Origin: Octopus sinensis
Lineage: Eukaryota
Assembly (NCBI RefSeq): GCF_006345805.1
Contig: NC_042997.1
Span: 38,750,001 to 38,814,000 of the forward strand
DNA length: 64,000 nt
Direction: 5' to 3'
The position numbers and the translations under genes were made by a program. Below the pieces are notes generated by a model. That model had not been told where the DNA came from and did not search any database. It saw only the letters and a list, made by a program, of their open reading frames with translations. Of this stretch, positions 24,823 to 37,680 are shown in pieces. Positions within the stretch are counted from its first letter, which is position 1; each line of letters opens with the position of its first letter.

Positions 24823-25436
24823 ATTTAAATGACTTGAAACATGAAAAGTGTTTGAGATAGGAAAAGTATGAGGAAGAATTTTACGACAGTGAGATTTGAC
24901 CTCAGTATGTAAAACAACGTAAATGCCACATAGTACTCCTTCCATTGCTCGAAACGATACTACTAGTCTACTGACTTCTGTTAAGTAATATAAATGGAAC
25001 TTAGAAGTGCACTGACAAATTGATTTCTTTACAACACAACGGCCAAACTATTGACTAGTCAATAATTTCTATTATCATGTCATACACATATGGCATTCTT
25101 CTCGTAAATTTTCAAGGTCTTGTATCGTTTTTATTGATTTTTATGAGCATTACTTCTTAAAGGCGTGCATTCTGAATAATACATCAATCTCGATCAATTG
25201 TTTTGATAACACGTTTGTCGTTACTGCGAAGTGAAATATTATGTGATAATATACGCACATATATATATATTCTAAGTATTCATTCCCTCGAGGTAGCCCT
25301 TCATATCAGCCTCGTTCATTCGGTTATCGTTGTACCTTGTGGCACTGGAGGCGACAGTAAGATCTTTCTACCTTCTTCCTTGACAGCTTGTTCCATTGTT
25401 AACCCACTGCTTTTAAGATCTTTTGTTATTTACATT

Positions 25437-25686
25437 ATTTACATTTGACGGATATTTGTCCTCATCTTGTTTGTTGTTAACACGTTTCAGCTGATATACC
25501 CTCCAACCTTCATCAGGTGTCTTGGGGAAATTTCGAACCTGGGTTCTCATTGTTAAAGTATTTATCGATGTTATTATCATTATTGTTGTTGTTGTTGTTG
25601 CTGTTGATCAGGTCACTGCTTGGAATCGAACTCGGAATCTTGGGATTAGTAGCACGCGCTCTTAACCACTACGCCATATGCCCGTG
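25437..25686 (-). mobile_element. tRNA-headed SINE (family F) carrying a hammerhead-like motif
   Basis: Minus strand: A box TGGCGTAGTGG and B box GAGTTCGATTCC (25619-25683), a short (AAC/AAT)n linker, then GACAC-CUGAUGA-A-GGUUG..CAGCU-GAAAC-GUGUU (25479-25521). Confidence 0.75.
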
Positions 25687-25774
25687 GGAATATAAATCTA
25701 ATAATTTTCTATCCTTCCTTAATACCGGTTCCCATATGCTGCTCATATTTGCACTCGGTCTGCTTTGGAGGTTG

Positions 25775-26285
25775 TTGTGACCTATAGCGAACCCATAGCT
25801 AAACCCTCCTCTTGTCGATATATATCAATGTCCATACTGAAATAGATAGTTTCTACACAGAAGGTCATAATTTATTATTGGTATACTAGTGCGTTCTTTT
25901 AGATGGGTGTCTGTCACTAGTTTTTCTTGAATCACCGATAGTGCTTCACCAGTTAGGACTTTGGTGAACAGACTTATCACATTTAGACTCACCATCTGAT
26001 TGGATTCAATGGTAGTATCTTTGATCAATTCTGTGAAGTGGTGGAATTTTTCACGTACGATGTTGACTTTCCTGCTAATGGACTGATTATATCCACAAGG
26101 AAGCGGCTCTGTGGGTGACATGCTGAACCTCTACAGCTCACTATAGGTCTTAATGGAATACCATCTTTGTGAATCTTAGGGAGACTGTACATGTGTGGTA
26201 GTTTACTGTGGTGTTGAGTCAGTTGTCTGTACTTAATTTGTGTAAAGTGAGCCTTGTATTCATGATCAGGTTCTGTGACAGCTTT
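25775..26285 (-). mobile_element. Penelope-like reverse transcriptase fragment
   Basis: PHMYSLPKIHKDGIPLRPIVSCRGS..YVKNS; MVSLNVISLFT..EAL; YRQEEGLAMGS; frameshifted. Confidence 0.88.
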
Positions 26286-26360
26286 CTCTCTCACACACAC
26301 ACACATACACATACGCATACACATGCATACACATACATACACACACACAAACACACATGA

Positions 26361-26539
26361 GCTGAAAGAAGGATCAGTTAATTATGACTTTATTCAACAT
26401 ATTCCCCTCTCAGATTCACACACTTATCGTAGCGGTCCTTAAGTTTTTTCTAAGCCCTACAGAAGAAGTCGGAAGTTTGGGCCTCCAACCAGGCATTTCA
26501 CTATGCTCTTACAGTCAGGAACTTCACAGCACTCCCTCG
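26361..26539 (-). mobile_element. Mariner-derived MITE, partial
   Basis: Minus strand encodes DRYDKCVNLRGEYVE*; right TIR caggaacttcacagcactccctcg|TA. Confidence 0.82.
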
Positions 26540-26540
26540 T

Positions 26541-26567
26541 ATGTGTGTGTGTGTGGTGTGTGTGTGT

Positions 26568-26654
<87 letters not shown>

Positions 26655-26659
26655 TGTGT

Positions 26660-26704
<45 letters not shown>
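26541..26704. repeat. (TG)n microsatellite
   Basis: Read directly. Confidence 0.98.
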
Positions 26705-26706
<2 letters not shown>

Positions 26707-27066
26707 CTTTATGCATGTTCTATGACATATTTGGGTTACAAATAGCTAATTATTTGCTGCATTAACAATTAAATAATTATTAGAATTAATAATTAATAGA
26801 TTTTCTGCATAGAGTTACAAAATTTTCATCACTAACAATTACTACGTGTTTACACCTCCGCATAATTTGTGCATCACATCGATTGTTATATAAACAATGT
26901 GTAAAAGGTGTTAACGCTGATCGACAAGACGACAGAGGAATGTGATCGAACTTCAGTTGGTGGGGGGAGGGGCGTTGCTTGGACTCTTTGCCGATTATAG
27001 ACTCTAAAACGTGTTTGAGATAGATTAGTTATATACACTAATATTGTATTATATGTGGTTCTCTGT

Positions 27067-27115
<49 letters not shown>

Positions 27116-27224
27116 TGTGTGTGTCTGTCTGTGTGTGTGTTACTGTGTACATGCATACGTGACATAGCTACATACAGAATATATATATCTGTGTAGTTAG
27201 ACAGACTGACATATAGAGAGACAG

Positions 27225-27395
<171 letters not shown>

Positions 27396-28180
27396 AGGGA
27401 AACAAGCATAACAGGGAGAGGATTGGGTGTATATTTTTAGATAGCTAGACAAACCGACAGACAGCTAGACAGGCAGACAGACGTAACAGTGAGAGAAGTG
27501 GATATATTCATTTTTGATACAACTCGGAATATATAGTTTAGAGAATTTTTATACTAGAAACATGGGCTTGAATAATGTTTTTGGTCGGATGATAACACAA
27601 TTATAATAGAACGTATCGTTTCTGTAAACATAAATTATCTCAAGCTAATAATTGCCTCGGTTTTTTAATTGTTTACGAACATAAAGCAAAGAAAAATGGT
27701 TCTGCTAAACAGATTTATTTTCTCCACTGACAAGATATTCTAAGACACTCTGAAATTTCTCACACCTTAGGGAATTCTCATGTCAGTTATAATCATTATT
27801 TTTTTATAATGAAATGTTAAACTACGTTTATTTCTACGAGTAGTCGTAAATTTGGTCTTCAAATCGTAACATTTTCTAAAGAAATCATTAGTTACTAATT
27901 ACTTGAAATTTGTTTCTTTCAAATATTTGATATTGAAGCCAATTAAATATGACAAAGGTGTTAGGGAAAGAATGAACAACGCCTTGACAAATACATGAAT
28001 TTCAATCAATGTTTAAATTGGCATTAATTCTACCCTTTGAATCAATATTCTTTTGCACTATTGGCAAAATGCTGCCTTCTTTAAACTTAAAACTATCCTT
28101 CTTGACAAATGAACTTAGATATGTTCACACTTTTGTGAGGTGTTTTTTATGGCTTTGGCAGAGACGAAAGACCGGAGTTT

Positions 28181-28371
28181 TGTGACAACTTTCTCTCACA
28201 CACACACATACACATACACATACAGACACATACATACACACACACAAACACACATGAGCTGAAAGAAGGATCAGTTAATTATGACTTTATTCAACATATT
28301 CCCCTCTCAGATTCACACACTTATTGTGGCGGTCATTCAGTTTTTCTAAGCCCTACAGAAGAAGTCGGAAG
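28181..28371. repeat. Local duplicate of 26274-26475 (CA tract plus mariner-MITE piece)
   Basis: Shares tgtgaca.ctttctctc, the CA tract and gagctgaaagaaggatcag...gaagtcggaag. Confidence 0.85.
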
Positions 28372-28965
28372 ATGAGTTGAAAGTTCTGAGAAGAGGAAAG
28401 TTCTTTTCGAATCTAGACCTACAAGAATGCTTGTAATAGAAGAATGCAATCCATGAAGTACCCATGGCTGAAATGGAAACACTTTAAACCTACCACTTAA
28501 AAAGAGAAGTAGATCATTCAACAAGCTTCTTAAGATTTTTTTTCTGGCAAATTTTACTCAATCGAATAAGGCCAATGTAGAAGATACTTACCAAGATTGT
28601 TGTGCTATTGAATCGAATCCGAAACTATGTAGATGCAAACAGAATTTCTTAATGACAGGCACTCTAATATACTCTTGAATCATTCATTGACTTTCATTAT
28701 GTACGGGTGCTTTTAGGGTTGATTGATATGCTTATATGTAACAACATGTATAGATGTCATAACTGAAGTATATGGTATTTGAGTATACATTCATAAATTC
28801 TTTTATGGGTTTCTCTTGGTTATATTTTGCTGACAGCTAACACGTTTACTTGTATTTTTTCATTGATAAATAAGAGACAAAAGACAGAGTATAACTTAAT
28901 TTAACTGGTCGTAAAAAGATGTAACATCCACGAAATTAAATACTTTATATATATATATATATATA

Positions 28966-29153
28966 CTCTTTTACTTGTTTCAGTCAGTTGACTGCGGCCA
29001 TGCTGGAGCACCGCCTTTAGTCGAGCAACTCGACCCCGGGACTTATTCTTTGTAAGCCCAGTACTCATTCTACCGGTCTCCTTTTGCCGAACCGCTAAGT
29101 TACGGGGACGTAAACACACCAGCATCAGTTGTCAAGCAATGCTAGAGGGACAA

Positions 29154-29192
<39 letters not shown>

Positions 29193-29355
29193 CATATATA
29201 CGACAGGCTTCTTTCAGTTTCCGCCTACCAAATCCACTCACAAGGCATTGGTCGGCCCGGGGCTATAGCAGAAGACACTTGCCATGCAGTGGGACTGAAC
29301 CCGGAACCATGTGGTTGGTTAGCAAGCTACTTACCACACAGCCACTCCTGCGCCT
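28966..29355 (-). mobile_element. SINE family A, full length
   Basis: Reverse complement of the A consensus seen elsewhere in the window. Confidence 0.94.
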
Positions 29356-29479
29356 ATATATATATATTTACTTTCGATTAAGATACTACATATATAAAAA
29401 CATGATAGTGAAAATAGTAAAGATCATTGAATAAATGATAGAAATGCATTTCTATCATTTATTCAACGTTGGCCATGCT

Positions 29480-30010
29480 GGACATTTGATTTGGTAACAT
29501 TTGCATTTACAAGACATAGTATGCTTTGACTGGCAGTTCACAGCTTCACTCATATCTTTGGGTCAATCCGATGCGATAATGTCACACACTTGCTCGCATA
29601 CATGATACCTCAGCGAACTTCTAAACCATTCTTCAAGGACATACGTGTGTATATCCGCGCGCGTATTGCATATTTCTGTATATCAGTTTCATCAATGGGG
29701 TGAACGACAGTTTCGTAGCAACATAATGAGTTCATCTATTGTAAATAGGACCTTGAGCAAAGACATCAGTAAGGCTGAAATGAATTGAGAAACTCTCTTT
29801 TGGATAGTTAGCAATATTGTTAACATCAACTACAGTGTGAATTGATTTGTACAACATGGATTGGATTTATAATTGTTGATTGATAATGGCATTAATATCC
29901 CGTACAATGTCATTTCTGACAGTTCATAAAGCCACTGGCGGCTTCTATAGCTTTGTAAGAAGCCTTTATAAACTTTATAAACTCTTGTCTCTTAGTACCA
30001 GCTGGTTGCT
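29480..30010 (-). pseudogene. Second decayed Helitron helicase fragment
   Basis: WLYE..VRDINAIINQQL..YKSIHTVVD..NYPKE / EFLNSF / IMLLRN / LPVKAYY, with frameshifts. Confidence 0.72.
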
Positions 30011-30074
30011 AGCCATTTTCTTCCTTGATAAATATCCAATAAGTAAAACCTTCATGTGTGTGTGTGCGTGTGTA

Positions 30075-30287
30075 GGCGCGTAGCTTAGCGGTTAGGTTGT
30101 TGGAGTCAAGCTTGGAAGACTGTAGTCTTGATTCCCGGACTGGGGGACTTGTGTTTTATGCAAAACATTTCATTTCACATTGCTTCAGTTCACTCAGCTA
30201 GCAAAATTGAATAATCTTGCGACGGAGCAGCGTTCCATCCAGGAGTGTGGGTGGGAATATATACGCCAAGAAAACCAGCCCTATGAA
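30075..30287 (+). mobile_element. tRNA-derived SINE sharing head and core with family E, different tail
   Basis: ggcgcgtagcttagcggttagg...catttcacattgcttcagttcactcagctagcaaaa matches the core of 54687-55014. Confidence 0.72.
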
Positions 30288-30366
30288 TCGATATTACTCT
30301 GAAAGAAACTTTATCCTTTATCGTATCATGTATATAATGTATATATATATATATATATATATATAT

Positions 30367-30427
<61 letters not shown>

Positions 30428-30896
30428 AGAAGAAAACATAATTTCAAAAAGAACAATTCAGACTTTTTGAGAGATCCAAAAGAGAGAAAAAATGATTTCT
30501 AATGAAGTTTCATCATATTCATAAAAGTCAGCCAGAGCAAGTAATAAGAATATGAAAATAATAGTTGAAGGTATAAAGATACCATAAACAAGTATAAAAA
30601 AGTGGAGAAAAAATATGTTGAATCAAAATTATATTTAATGCAAAATTGGATTCAATACATGCGCACGTTTCGAACGACAATACAAATATGTAAGGAAAAA
30701 TTATAATCATTGTAATTATAATTATTAAATTTATGCATTGTCATTCTCATCAGTGTGGGGAATTTTTGGAAGAATATCAATAAAGTTTAATAAAATAAAA
30801 TAAAATAAAAATAAAATAAGACACAATAAGGGAGAATACAGATGGGGTAATAGGGGAAAATCGATATTTTCAAACAAGTTGTAAAAGGTAATAATA

Positions 30897-30956
<60 letters not shown>

Positions 30957-30958
<2 letters not shown>

Positions 30959-31508
30959 GATGCAGTACCAGGCAGTGGCTCTCATGGCTTCTGATCTTAA
31001 CTGATTAGAAGTGTTATCATGTACATTGTTTTGTCTTGGTATAAAAGATGGGCTACAGCAAATATTCTGCTCAATACCACAGATTTGCTTGTCAGTTGTT
31101 TGACCTTAACCAGTTGAGCATGTCCCTTAGTGGCTAAAGATATGTGCATCTCTGATCACGAGCAGAAGTAGTGGGGGAGCATCATAGCCATGTGTTGAGA
31201 GGGATTCTTTGGGGTTTGAATAATTCACCTCTGGAAACTTGGGTGTTTCATTCAACATCCTTAAACAACCCTTATTCAGGGACCTTTTGAGCAGGATGGG
31301 TTACTCGACCTGAAGAAAATTCTAAGTGGGCCCCCACCTGCAAGGTCATGTGCTGTTTATCTTGATATGAGATCACCATGTCGCGCACATATGGTTGTGA
31401 TGCATGTGCCTAGTGTACCCTTATCAGACGGGTAGTCATGATGGGTATACTGGGCTTCGTATATTTTACCCCAGTGCCACTTTGATGGCATGCACTGCTC
31501 TCTCACTC

Positions 31509-31510
<2 letters not shown>
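30957..31510. repeat. Repeat family D, about 550 bp, flanked both sides by (TAA)n
   Basis: (TAA)n at 30889-30956 and from 31510; a partial copy lies at 13146. Confidence 0.8.
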
Positions 31511-31539
<29 letters not shown>

Positions 31540-31787
31540 GTGAGAGAGACGAAAAAGGATAAAGAAAGTCATATCAATGTGTATGCAAGTCTGTATGTTC
31601 AGTAAACTATAACGTAGAAATAAAAGTCTAACGGATATGTTTAAAGGAATAGTAACAGGTCGAGACGAAGTAGAATGTAAACAAGGCCACGTGTTGTGTA
31701 GTAGAATATAACGCAACAGGTTCACTAGCAGAAAGAAGCTATAGAGAGTTATACGTATACATATTAATACTGCAAAACGATATATAT

Positions 31788-31823
<36 letters not shown>

Positions 31824-32514
31824 ACAAGAGATTTAAAGCTGAGAGACAAGACTATGTTTGAAAATGACACAATATTTAAATAAAAATGTACATACAAGCA
31901 GAGAAAAGACAAAAAAACTTAACAAAGAGAAGCAACTCCTTGTCGCGCTTTCTCTGGAGTGTGCGCATTCGTGTGTTTGTGTGTGTACCTGTTTGTACAT
32001 GCGCGCGCATGTGTCAATGTACATCTACGCACTCATACACACTCGTATAAGTACGGCTTCACACACACAGATTTGTGAACATATACATGTACACATATAT
32101 GCGTTTAAATATATGTTGAGTTCTCTGTATGTTTCAGTTATTCACATTCCTTTCTTCGGAGATGACTTAAGAATATTTAAAACATTTTTAAATATTTTCA
32201 AATTTTTTTTCAAATTTTAATTTGAAGTTTGACGCGAAAGTACCTGCTGTTCAGGCAATTATTAGCTTGAGATAATTTATGTTCACAGAAACGTTACGTT
32301 CTATTATAAATGTGTTATCATCCGACCAAAAACATTATTCAAGCCCATGTTTCTAGTATAAAAATTCTCTAAACTATATATTCCGAGTTGTATCAAAAAT
32401 GAATATATCCACTTCTCTCACTGTTACGTCTGTCTGCCTGTCTAGCTGTCTGTCGGTTTCTCTAGCAATCTTAAAATATACATCCAGTTCTCTCCCTGTT
32501 ATGCTTGTTTCCCT

Positions 32515-32603
<89 letters not shown>

Positions 32604-32659
32604 TTAAACACTTAGAGTTTAAATAGATTGAAAAACATTTAGCAGTGATACTTTAAGGT

Positions 32660-33000
32660 GAGTACAAAATATAATAAGGGTTGAAGGTTAAAATTATGTA
32701 CAGTCTTGGTATTAGTTTCAAATAAAATGTGGACATTATAATAATTTTTCAAGAATTTTTGTAATGCTTTCTTTATACATTCAACAGCTGGTCTAAATAA
32801 TTTGGTAGTTGTAATTGGGCATTATCCCTATATAATCCTCCGCATATTTCAGGAAAATTCTTCTTGATCTGTGATTATAAAAATAGGCCAACAAAATCAG
32901 TGACTTGGGCAGAGTCTGACGATCCCATTATTATATCAAAATTGTCTACTGTGGTTCTCCTAGTCCAGTTATTATCGTTAAAGTATATGAGAGTTTTTCG
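32660..33000 (-). mobile_element. Penelope-like RT fragment (second lineage)
   Basis: NFDIIMGSSDSAQVTDFVGLFL and GGLYRDN (degenerate GLYRDD), then KKALQKF..ILFETNTKTV. Confidence 0.78.
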
Positions 33001-33810
33001 ATATGGCTGCAATCTAATGAATGAGTTAGGTGAAATGATAAAATAATTTTATATAAATATATGTGTATGCGTATGCGTGGGTGTATGTGTTCATATGTGC
33101 GTGTTTCCACATAAACTATGTCTACTAAATTTCACACATGTGGTTATAAACGATCCAAGGTTTTCATAAAGGTCACCTTCCCAAAATGCTGTGCGGCGTC
33201 ACGAAATCCAAAGCAGCGTCGTTTCGAGATGAACTTCATGTACCAGAGGGTGATGGCTCTATCAACTATACTTATACTATAAATATATCATACCGTTTGT
33301 TTAAAAAAATTCTGGTCATAGATTAATATTGATGATTTTTTCTTTGCTCGTCAAACCTAGATCCACGGTAATAAGTACAAGAAAGGATAATTTTGTTTAT
33401 CTATATCTTTTAATAAAAAATTCTTTATTGTCTGTATTACAGTTGAAATTTAGGCTTCGGAAGTGTGAGACAATTCTCCCATAGCATACTTTAGCTTAAT
33501 GTTTATATTTTGAATAACGCTGACTTTCGGTTTATTATTTCTGGTATTTTTAACTTACTGTGAATTATTCTGAGACTGACACCAGATCTATCCTCTATTA
33601 CATTATTCATGAAATGTCTGAGATTTCTGTGTGAACTGTCAGACTGTCAGCATCATATCTCTCATGAATACAAACTTTATTTTCAATCCAAATATTTTTC
33701 ACTTGCATCAGCTATATATGTAAATATGAACACGCATACTTAAAATTCAAGGGACTATAATGTAGATATCTACTTCTAAGTATAAAGTTTCAAGGGACTA
33801 TAATGAAGAT

Positions 33811-34019
33811 ACTCTTTTACTCTTTTACTTGTTTCAGTCATTTGACTGCGGCCATGCTGGAGCACCGTCTTTAGTCGAGCAAATCGACCCCAGGACTTAT
33901 TCTTTGTAAGCTCAGTACTTATTCTATCGGTCTCTTTTGCCGAACCGCTAAGTGACGGGGACGCAAACACACCAGCATCGGTTGTCAATAATGCTAGGGG
34001 GACAAACACAGACACGCAA

Positions 34020-34054
<35 letters not shown>

Positions 34055-34226
34055 CATATATACGACAGGCTTCTTTCAGTTTCCGTCTACCAAATCCACT
34101 CACAAGGCATTGGTCGGCCCGGGGCTATAGCAGAAGACACTTGCCCAAGATGCCACGCAGTGGGACTGAACCCGGAACCATGTGGTTGGTTAGCAAGCTA
34201 CTTACCATACAGCCACTCCTGCGTCT
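33811..34226 (-). mobile_element. SINE family A, full length
   Basis: Reverse-complement match. Confidence 0.94.
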
Positions 34227-34606
34227 ACTTTTAAGTATAAAGTCACTATCTGTATGTAGGAGGGGGTTACGGATGTAAGGCTAAGTTAACTTAAAGGTAC
34301 TTTTGTTTCCTTACCGACGCATTCTGTCAAACACCGCCCCACTAACGTAGCTAAAATCAGGCGAGGACGGGTCGCCTGTGAGGTATTTTGGTGGCATTCT
34401 CTGCAACAAACAATGAAAAGTTGTTGATTTTTCTGTCAGGACATAACAACCCGCACAACATTTTCCTGCAAAGTATTGCAAATTTGTTGTAACAGTTGTA
34501 AGAACTGTTTCTTTAAAGATTTGCCTAATTAATAATGGTGTTGGAATGGATGCATTTAGTACATGAAAAAGAGAAATACTCGATAAAGTTTTGTTAATAC
34601 ATTACA

Positions 34607-35002
34607 GGCGCAGGAGTGGCTGTGTGGTAAGTAGCTTGCTAACCAACCACATGGTTCCGGGTTCAGTCCCACTGCGTGGCATCTTGGGCAAGTGTCTTCT
34701 ACTATAGCCCCGGGCCGACCAATGCCATGTGAGTGGATTTGGTAGACGGAAACTGAAAGAAGCCTGTCGTATATATGTATATATATATATATGTGTGTGT
34801 TTGTGTGCCTGTGTTTGTCCCCCCTAGCATTGCTTGACAACCGATGCTGGTGTGTTTACGTCCCCGTCACTTAGCGGTTCGGCAAAAAGAGACCGATAGA
34901 ATAAGTACTGGGCTTACAAAGAATAAGTCCCGGGGTCGATTTGCTCGACTAAAAGGCGGTGCTCCAGCATGGCCACAGCCAAATGACTGAAACAAGTAAA
35001 AA
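34607..35002 (+). mobile_element. SINE family A, full length
   Basis: Direct match. Confidence 0.94.
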
Positions 35003-35147
35003 AAAAAAAAAATATCTATAAATATGTGTGTAACAGTTACCAGTAGTCAATATCGAGACTATTACGTTACTACATATTTTTAAACGATTAATAATAATAA
35101 TAATAATAATAACAACAACAACAACAACAATAATAATAACCTTTGTA

Positions 35148-35361
35148 CAAGAGGGTGCTGAAAAGTTCCTGGTTTGGGATAAAAGAAAATACAAGAGGAT
35201 CAGTTAATTATGATTTTATTCAACATATTTCTCTCTCAGATTCACACTTATTGCAGCCGTCCTTCGGTTTTTCTAAGCCCTGTAAAATAACTCGGAATGT
35301 TGGGCCTCCAATCAGGCCTTTCGCAATACCCTTAAGCCAGGAACTTTACAGCAACTCTTCG
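35148..35361. mobile_element. Complete mariner-derived MITE
   Basis: TA|CAAGAGGGTGCTGAAAAGTTCCTGGTTT ... AAGCCAGGAACTTTACAGCAACTCTTCG|TA; the interior matches the mariner 3' coding end seen at 26361. Confidence 0.88.
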
Positions 35362-35401
35362 TACTATAGGAACAATCCGTGGAATTTTAGGGTAGGATTA
35401 G

Positions 35402-35558
35402 CCAATTATACCGATCCCAGTGCTCAGCTGGTACTTATTTTATCGGTCCCGAAAGGATGAAAGACAAAGCCGAACTCGGCGGAATTTGAACTCAGAACGT
35501 AAAGAAGGACAAAGTGCCGCTAAGCACTTTGTCTGGCGTGCTAACAATTCTGCCATCA
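35402..35558 (-). mobile_element. Diverged SINE-B, partial
   Basis: gaaaggatgaaagacaaagccgaactcggcggaatttgaactcagaacg. Confidence 0.8.
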
Positions 35559-36399
35559 TTAGGCCAAGGAGAAATTCGAAAAAGATATACTCCAGAAAGC
35601 TTAAGCAAAACGTTTGCCAGTGAGCGTATCAGGAAACAACCAATTATCACAAAGTGAATTCTGAGACTCCCTTGCAAGTTCAGTTCTAGCTGATCCTTAT
35701 AAGACGGCTCGGAATTTTTTCTCATTAATATTGCATGTAAAATGTAGGTGGTATTTACATATTGCTCTGTGGTTTTATTTTGAACAAGATATCGTCTCCT
35801 AAAGTACACTTTTTTAAAACTGATTCATAGGTTCACGCCATTTTTCTGTATTACGAAGTGGTGAGTTCATTTAGTATAATATTTACCCAAATGGTATCTT
35901 GCTCAGAATATGCATTTTTTAATTTTCTAGAGTGTAGGGTAACCTGTTTCTCAAGTAACCTGTTTCTCAACAAATTGAAATTGTAGTGTTTTATATGAAG
36001 GATTTATTAATCTATGTCATTCTTCGCATATTTAATTGAAAAGTAAACTCCATCTTAAATGTTAAGAAAACTTGAAGGTTGATAACGTCTCACCCTTTAT
36101 TTAATTCCATACAATATCTCTATTTTTCAAAAGTGTGCTAAAAGCCATTAACAGGAATCAACTTCATATTTCCTGAGTCTGGTATTCAAGAAATTGATCA
36201 TCCTCAGCTGAAGAAATAAATGAAAAAAATTGGCGCTGCTTTTAGAAAAAAAAACGCGATATGGATAGAAGTATTAAGAAAAGAGTGAAGTGGCATCTCT
36301 GAAACACCGAATCGTAAAGAGACGACTGTTAGGGAGGGAGACTTTGGGCCAGAATAAATAGAAATCATTGCTGATATTCATGCGAGACAGGTGAGTTGC

Positions 36400-37250
36400 C
36401 GAAAAAGTGGAACTTTTGTATGGGCAAACATTCCGTGTGAAGAAAAAATAAAGTGCATAGCCTGGACAGCAAATTCCGACCAGAGACAGAAAATGACGGA
36501 ATATAATATTCAAAATTGTGTATGACAAGCATTTGAGAAAGCTAGCGTAAATGCTGCTCAACATCCTGGTATTTAGAGACGTATCGAGACAATTAACCAG
36601 AGAAAATTATTTGCAGCTTGTACAAATCATACGCTGAACTTGGGTATATACATTCACTTTCTGATGCTATAAATTCTGTCAATTTTTCTTTGTTTTATTT
36701 TCTTAGTGGGGGTATTGAGGAGGATTTGTGCACGTGTCTTTCTTCTTAAATCCGTCATGTGTTAATGATGGAAGAAAAGAATCTGAAGTCAACAAGGAAA
36801 GTTCTGATTTCAGACATTAGTCAATGTAATACAGGCTCCCGGTGAAGTCAAGGAACAATCTTTGAGTGTTGCAAAATAGCTTTTTCTCAGAATTATTAAG
36901 TCGTTTTAAAACAGTTAACTAATGAGGAAAACAGCGAAACAGCCATGGGTCAGGATTGCTTTCTTGGAAATGAGAATCCGTCTAGAAATTAATTACGTAA
37001 GTGCTTACCTGCAAGCTAAATGACTTTAAAAGCGTTTCTCATTGGAGACTGAGGTTAGCTGGTGAATAAAAAATTAATATATACCAGAGGGGTTTGTGGT
37101 GATATGAGGATGCTAATGGTGTGCACATCGATGTAGAAAGAAGAAGCAAATGATATTTGAAGGATTGCGAGAGGCAAGATTGCTTATGAAACTGTTTTCT
37201 TAGTCAGACAGAAAAATTGAGTAAATAACTCCGTGATTTAAACAGTGTCA
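36400..37250 (+). mobile_element. Decayed hAT transposase fragment
   Basis: ASVNAAQHPGI*RRIETINQRKLFAACTNHTLNLG resembles the hAT YDNA..G..GVQ.RI...N..A.F..C..HSLNL motif; downstream LTNEENSET and INYVSAYLQAK. Confidence 0.6.
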
Positions 37251-37271
37251 TGAGCTTGTTCAAAAATACCT

Positions 37272-37414
37272 GTAGCTTGCTTATCAACCACATGGTTCTG
37301 GGTTCAGTCCCACTGCGTGTCATCTTGGGCAAGTGTCTTCTACTATAGCCTCGGGCCGACCAAAGCCTTGAGAGTGGATTTGGTAGACGGAAGCCCGTCG
37401 TATATATGTATATG

Positions 37415-37482
<68 letters not shown>

Positions 37483-37680
37483 TGTGTCTGTGTTGTCCTC
37501 CCAACATCACTTGACAACCGATGCTGGTGTGTTTACGTCCCCGTAACTTAGTGGTTCGGCAAAAGTGACCGATAGAATAAGTACTAGGCTTCCAAAGAAT
37601 AAGCCCTGGGGTCGATTTGCTCGACTAAAGGCGGTACTCCGGCATGGCCGCAGTCAGATGTCAGAAACAAGTAAAAGAGT
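37272..37680 (+). mobile_element. SINE family A, 5'-truncated
   Basis: Direct match. Confidence 0.92.

Noticed and set aside
25619-25683. tRNA genes (this and other tRNA-like heads at 41090, 54940, 59471)
   Set aside because: A/B boxes are present, but each continues into a multi-copy SINE body and lacks a complete acceptor stem.
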